Of a stretch of DNA of 64,000 nucleotides, positions 58,915 to 64,000 are shown one piece after another (the first letter of the stretch is position 1; every line of letters begins with the position of its first letter). The notes under the pieces were generated by a model. It was not told where the DNA came from, ran no database searches, and saw only the letters and a list, made by a program, of their open reading frames with translations. Source of the stretch: Candidatus Bathyarchaeota archaeon (GTDB lineage Archaea > Thermoproteota > Bathyarchaeia > 40CM-2-53-6); the NCBI GenBank assembly GCA_963733055.1, contig CAVTBR010000003.1, forward strand, positions 32,001-96,000, read 5' to 3'. Made by a program: the position numbers and the translations under genes.

Positions 58915-59867
58915 TTAGATGCCGACTAATTCGGTTTGCATTTTTGTAGGCGGGTAATTATAGGTTACAACCAGCCACGAATCTAGAATCCGGTAGCTGT
59001 TGGCGTTCCTGTAGACCTGATGAGCTTGATTCCAGCGTTGCAAGGCAATGTCCGACGAGGGAAACAATAATGCACGTGAGACTTGGATCGATCCTCCACT
59101 CCCAATTATCGATTTCGTCGCCATCACAGTATCGTTAAGTTGAGTTGGAAATCGACCGACAAATAACGCCACATAACTCTGGTCAGTGACTCCACTTGCA
59201 TATACGCTTCTTCTAACTCTGAGGTCGTCAAACAGGCCTTGCCCATTCGAGCTTACTTTGTCCAGAATGGCCTGTACGTTCTGCAGGCCCGTGTTCTTGT
59301 CATTACTCAACAGTATATGTTGATTCACGACAGCAAAGTAGCCAAGACCCGGGCTCTGTCGCCGGGCTCCTGCAGCAGTAGAGAATAGACCAAAAACCCG
59401 TCATAGAGGGCGGGCGGACGGACCCTCGTGAGGTTACTGGTGGCAAGTTCCTGAGAAAGAATTGCTTGTTTGCTTGCGGAGACTTGGAGTAATATCGCTG
59501 ACCCGCTGTATTTGGGTTCGGGCAGTTGAATCGCTACTTCGTATGTAACATCTACCGGAATTACTGAAAATCCTAGTTGGGGTAATTGTATGAGCGCGTC
59601 CATGCCGAATAATGATGAGTTACCGCTTACCGAGTATGCTTGTCTGTAATTTACGTATCCAACGTACTCGGCGTTTGCGGGAATATATTGCATCCAGTCT
59701 TGAGAGTTGAATACAAATGTGTCTGGAATGTGTTCGACGGTGGGAAGGGTCGAGTAATATGAAGCGCCGATGATTATGATGATCACGACGAACGTACCGA
59801 GGAAAGAGTATGTTCGCAGTCGCCGTGGGTCGCTTTTCTTCGACTCGCTTCGCTTTCTTGATGCCAA
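58915..59867 (-). CDS. Single-TM exported protein, frameshift near 59350
   Basis: Basic N-terminus plus TM; two abutting ORFs join through GLGYFAVVNQHILL in shifted frame. Confidence 0.55.
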
Positions 59868-59902
59868 CTATTCAGCACGAGCTTAATTCCTAGCGTAGGA
59901 TT

Positions 59903-60271
59903 ATGCGTTCTGGAAAGGGTGTTATGTTAACGTTTCTTACTCTCTTATCCAAGTCGGCGCGGATTGCGGTTGGGCTTCTAGTTGCCGACGGTGCTGCGGC
60001 TTACGGTTTAACTTTGCTAAGCTATCGCTTCACCGAAACGCTGGGTGACCTCATGCTCGTTGAAGTTGCGATTTTGTTCATCATGGCGGGGCTATTGGAT
60101 TTCTCATCTTCAGTCGGGGCAGTTCAATTCAGGAAGACGATCCTAGGCTCTAAACAGGAATATTCCTCGTCCGCCCATAAAGAGGCGGAAAAGAAAGCAT
60201 TAGTGTTTCTCCTTGACGGCGTTATCCTACTCTTCCTGCTGGTAGCGCTCGCACTTTATGGCGTATCATGA
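59903..60271 (+). CDS. Small multi-TM membrane protein
   Basis: Three hydrophobic segments. Confidence 0.55.
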   Translation: MRSGKGVMLTFLTLLSKSARIAVGLLVADGAAAYGLTLLSYRFTETLGDLMLVEVAILFIMAGLLDFSSSVGAVQFRKTILGSKQEYSSSAHKEAEKKALVFLLDGVILLFLLVALALYGVS

Positions 60272-60334
60272 CAAAACGCTGAGACTAAGAAAAACGGGGG
60301 GCGCCGGAGGGTTTCCTCTCGGCGCAAGTTCTAG

Positions 60335-62761
60335 TTACTTTGTAGTGGTTGGTTTCTTCTTCCGGCTTCGCATCCAGAGGGCTGCGCCTACGATTGCAAT
60401 GATTACGACGATCGGTACGGCGACAACCATTGCGTCCGTTGAGGCGGAGGAGACTGTAACGGGGTCAGTGGTTTGCGATTGGCCTGGGAGTGGTGTCCAT
60501 AGGACTCTACCGTTAAGCCAGTCAGCGCTGGTGGTGCTCAAGGTTTGGTACTCCATCTCGTCTAGTTTGATGGTTCCGTTCTGGATTCCTGCTACGATGC
60601 CGGGTGTTGGGACGATGCCAGTGAAGTTCGCTCGGTACCATACCGAGCCGAAGGCTGGGGGTGCCGCTGCAGCGGTTGTGTAGCGACTGGAGTTATCAGT
60701 CAGGAGCGGAGCGAAATCAGTCCACGTGTTCCCTCCATCGGTGCTCTGCTGCACCATCACTAGCATATCTGCGGCTGGTCCTGTGCCGGATATGGTTACG
60801 GAACCACTACCCAGCATTGGGCTTCCCGCAGCAGCGATTGGCGCAGGCGGTGCGACGTTGACCGTGTAACCCGCTTGTTGTAGGAGTGAGGCTGCCGCGT
60901 TGAGGTCGTAGGAATCAGGTGTTAGGCTTGAGTCGTACCACACACCGAATCCTGGGCCGGGGGCAACTGCCATTGAAACTCCGACACCGTTTAGGAGTGA
61001 GCTTACGATCAAGTCTCGTGGGATCATGTGGCTGATTGCTTTGCGGATATCGCGGGCTGCTCCAGCTGCTTTGGTTGGGTCGCTCGTTCCGGCCGGTGTG
61101 GCTGTTCCGGTGCCGAAGATGGGGTTATTCATGTTGATTCCCATCTCCTGCCAACCCAGCTCAGGTACCGACATAACGTTGACGTTAGAGATGGCTTGAA
61201 GCGTCGACCTGTCTTTGGCAAGACCGTACTGTGAATCGAGCATGTCCACCTGCCCGTTCTTGAGGGCTGCGATGGCTGCGTCTTTGCTGCTGATCCACTG
61301 AACCTTGTACGTGTCAACCGAGAACTGTCCCATCGATTTGAGGCCGGTGGCGTTCCAGTAGCCTGGGAAGCTCGTTAGGGTTGCGATGTTGTTGGTGAAG
61401 TCGTAGCTCTGCAACTCATATGCTCCCGCGCCCACTGGACCGACGGCAGTGTAACTGCCCGAACCACCATACTGTTTCGTATCCCAAGTATAGGTATACG
61501 GCCCAGAGGCGGTGCTGAACGGCGCGCTATCCCATGTTGAGAAGGGGAACTTCTCCATGATGTGCATGGGTAGCGGTGCAAAGGCCGCGAAGGTCGGACT
61601 TGTGAAGGCGTAGATTGCGGGCATGTGGAACTGGAATTGGTACCTGCTCGTAGCTTTCCACCAACCATCTGTCTCAGGAACTCCCGGGCCAGTGTTGTCG
61701 TCAACCCTCGATGTTCCATTTAGGAACGTGAAGGTGACTTTGCTTCCGAGGTAAGAAACAGCGCTGCCCAGTCCTACGCTGGCTGTGCTTGGATTCGTTA
61801 ATGCGTATTGGGTGAAGACGAAGTCGTCAGCGGTTGCTTCAACACCACTTTGGAACATTACACCAGGTTTGATGTTCACGGTCCAAGTGGTTCCGTCTGC
61901 GCTTGCGGTTATGTTCTGAGCGGTGCCGGGTATGTAGCAACTGCAACGAGGATCAGCCTCTTGCAGAGCTCCACCTATGATTGGTGTCCACACGTAGTAT
62001 GCATATTGGCTGTTGGATGCGGCTGTGACGGCTGGGTTTAGGTTGTTGCCTGGGAAGATGTTGGCTGCTTCTGCTAGGGTTAGAGTGTTACTTCCTCCCC
62101 AGTGCTGAAGGTCTCCTCCAGGGAAGGTGACGTCGCTGTAGAGGGTAGAGTTACCCCACTCTGTGAACTTTGACACTCTTGGAACGACGCTAACGGGCTC
62201 GAAGATGTAATTGTACGGAGCGTCGTTGAAGACTTGATCCTCAAATTGGTGAGTCAGTTGGATCTGTGTCGCGGTGTCTGTTGTGGTGTAAAGCTTGTCG
62301 AAGATTGCGTTCACTGTTGGACTGTTGTAATATGCGTAATTGCTTCCGGTAGGTGGAACATATGCGGGTCTTCCGTCAAAGTTTCCACGGAAATCGGGAA
62401 CAAAGCCTGTGAAGCCCCATCCGATGAATCCTATATCATACCCACCTTGGGCAAACGAGGAACCCGGGGGGGCTGTGGCTGCGAAGAGTCGATTCGATAG
62501 TTGGTCGAAGTTCACGTAGAACAACTTCGCATCGATGCCTACGGATATCATGTTGCTGGTTATGATGCTCGCGTACTGTCTCCTCACCGAGTTTCCACCC
62601 GTGGGAGCGATCAGAGTAACCGAAAACAAAGTCGGCGTCTGAGCATACGCGTGACTGAACATAACCGGAACTGCTGTTGATGCAGTAACGTAGATTAGAA
62701 GTGCTAAGGATATGCCTTGAATGATGTACTTTAGGGATTTGTTAGACATTTTCATTTTCAC
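60335..62761 (-). CDS. ABC peptide/nickel-family (SBP family 5) substrate-binding protein with C-terminal anchor
   Basis: DGTTWTVNIKPGV.F..G...TADD..FT, GAGAYEL, IRKAISH.I.R, AASLL..AG; C-terminal TM plus basic tail. Confidence 0.88.
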   Translation of the reverse strand: MKMKMSNKSLKYIIQGISLALLIYVTASTAVPVMFSHAYAQTPTLFSVTLIAPTGGNSVRRQYASIITSNMISVGIDAKLFYVNFDQLSNRLFAATAPPGSSFAQGGYDIGFIGWGFTGFVPDFRGNFDGRPAYVPPTGSNYAYYNSPTVNAIFDKLYTTTDTATQIQLTHQFEDQVFNDAPYNYIFEPVSVVPRVSKFTEWGNSTLYSDVTFPGGDLQHWGGSNTLTLAEAANIFPGNNLNPAVTAASNSQYAYYVWTPIIGGALQEADPRCSCYIPGTAQNITASADGTTWTVNIKPGVMFQSGVEATADDFVFTQYALTNPSTASVGLGSAVSYLGSKVTFTFLNGTSRVDDNTGPGVPETDGWWKATSRYQFQFHMPAIYAFTSPTFAAFAPLPMHIMEKFPFSTWDSAPFSTASGPYTYTWDTKQYGGSGSYTAVGPVGAGAYELQSYDFTNNIATLTSFPGYWNATGLKSMGQFSVDTYKVQWISSKDAAIAALKNGQVDMLDSQYGLAKDRSTLQAISNVNVMSVPELGWQEMGINMNNPIFGTGTATPAGTSDPTKAAGAARDIRKAISHMIPRDLIVSSLLNGVGVSMAVAPGPGFGVWYDSSLTPDSYDLNAAASLLQQAGYTVNVAPPAPIAAAGSPMLGSGSVTISGTGPAADMLVMVQQSTDGGNTWTDFAPLLTDNSSRYTTAAAAPPAFGSVWYRANFTGIVPTPGIVAGIQNGTIKLDEMEYQTLSTTSADWLNGRVLWTPLPGQSQTTDPVTVSSASTDAMVVAVPIVVIIAIVGAALWMRSRKKKPTTTK

Positions 62762-62985
62762 GTAATTTAAGGCTCAGTAAGAACCGTATTTAGGCTTTCC
62801 CACAAAGCCCTCCTCTAGGTTCACGTATGAACTCAGAGCCCGACAAAATCGGGTTGGTGCCGCAAATTCGGTGCAGGGTCTTCGGTTGGTCCGCTAATCC
62901 CCTACGCGTTAGATTCTCGCATGATTCCTTGAAGCGCAAACGTTAATTGTTTGAAACTCGCGCATTGTCAATGTAAGGATAGGAC

Positions 62986-63954
62986 ATGGCAAGCCTAATC
63001 CGATACGTTATCCGCCGCTTGCTATTCATGATCCCCGTCTTCCTTGGAGTTGCAGTTCTGACTTTTGGTGTAGGAAACGCAGCAGGGAACCCGATAAATC
63101 TGATCCGTGCCGGTCTCAGGAATCCGAACCCTGCGGTATTGAAAGCGCTAACAGCCTACTATCACCTAGATCGACCCGTTTGGGAACGATTCCTGTACTG
63201 GTTGTGGGACCTCCTGCATGGAAACTTGGGCGTGTCGATATCGGGAAGGCCTGTTCTGTCTCAGATTGGGCCGTGGACATTCACTACCTTAGAGTTGCAG
63301 ATTCTAGCGTTGATATTGGCAGTTGTCATAGGCGTACCAGTCGGAGTGTATTCTTCCAAGCATCAATACTCCAAGGCCGATTACGCGATAACGACCACAG
63401 CGATTTTTGGATTTTCGATGCCAGTTTTCTGGTTCGGAATTATGCTCATCGTGATCTTCTCATTGTGGCTCGGTTGGTTGCCAAGTAGTGGAGCTGTTAG
63501 TGTAAGTCGACCGTGGTGGGGAAGCAGTTTGCTAGACCCTATAGCACATTTGATTCTCCCCACGGTTGTATTAGTTTACGTAGAGTTGGCAACCTTTGTT
63601 CGCCTCGTGCGGGCAAATATGCTTGAGGTTATGCGGCAGGATTACATTCTAGCCGCCCGTGCCAGCGGGCTTAGTGAGCGAACTGTCACATATCGGTACG
63701 CTTTGAGGAACGCTATCAGTCCGGTAGTCACAATCATTGGGCTTGGATTTGGCGCGGCACTTGCTGGTGCGCCGGCTACAGAGACGACCTTCTCATGGCC
63801 GGGTCTCGGCCTAGCATTCACCCAAGCGGCCCTCACATTAGACATACCTCTCGTACAGGGGATAACGATCGTCATAACGGTGATGGTGTTGATGGCAAAC
63901 CTGATAACTGATTTCGTGTACGCCTTGATTGATCCGCGCGTAACCATACAGTGA
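62986..63954 (+). CDS. ABC peptide transporter permease (DppB/OppB family)
   Basis: GNLGVS, S.P.FW, HLILP, DYI.AARA.GL (EAA loop), E..FSWPGLG, DPRV. Confidence 0.93.
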   Translation: MASLIRYVIRRLLFMIPVFLGVAVLTFGVGNAAGNPINLIRAGLRNPNPAVLKALTAYYHLDRPVWERFLYWLWDLLHGNLGVSISGRPVLSQIGPWTFTTLELQILALILAVVIGVPVGVYSSKHQYSKADYAITTTAIFGFSMPVFWFGIMLIVIFSLWLGWLPSSGAVSVSRPWWGSSLLDPIAHLILPTVVLVYVELATFVRLVRANMLEVMRQDYILAARASGLSERTVTYRYALRNAISPVVTIIGLGFGAALAGAPATETTFSWPGLGLAFTQAALTLDIPLVQGITIVITVMVLMANLITDFVYALIDPRVTIQ

Positions 63955-64000
63955 GTGGCTCCCGGTTGTCTCAGAGTGTTCCTAAGCGAGGAGCGAGTCA

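Noticed and set aside
1-64000. Many overlapping or antisense ORFs in the six-frame track; tRNA, rRNA, CRISPR, IS, integrase, inteins
   Set aside because: Shadow ORFs overlap well-supported genes and lack motifs. No cloverleaf, repeat-spacer array, transposase or intein signature was found by eye, though split or intron-containing tRNAs could be missed.

Overview
Core-genome segment of an archaeon. Gene content and protein style fit TACK/Thermoproteota, most likely Bathyarchaeia (inference). It is dense with informational genes: TFB, Gar1, IleRS, CysRS, KEOPS, RNase P proteins, proteasome alpha, exosome, aIF2-gamma, aIF5B, Rpo7/Spt4 and many ribosomal proteins. It also carries a GABA/succinate module, two F420-related genes, a metal-efflux locus and a peptide ABC transporter. 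Main observations: (1) a compact SMC-kleisin-KITE operon whose 640-aa, apparently hinge-less SMC has eukaryotic SMC5/6-type head motifs and a MAGE/Nse3-like partner; it abuts a catalytically divergent TGT-fold gene and a Zn-ribbon gene. (2) Several conserved genes seem to start at ACG or CTG (possibly TTA) on a TTG-rich background. (3) Two unannotated box C/D guide RNAs, one with both guides matching 16S rRNA helix 18. (4) Ribosomal superoperons are fragmented into order-preserving subsets. (5) Several ribosomal proteins have Lys/Pro/Ala-rich tails. At least five genes, including essential ones, carry single-base frameshifts that are most likely sequencing errors, so single-nucleotide claims need read-level checking. 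No tRNA, rRNA, CRISPR array or mobile element was seen.
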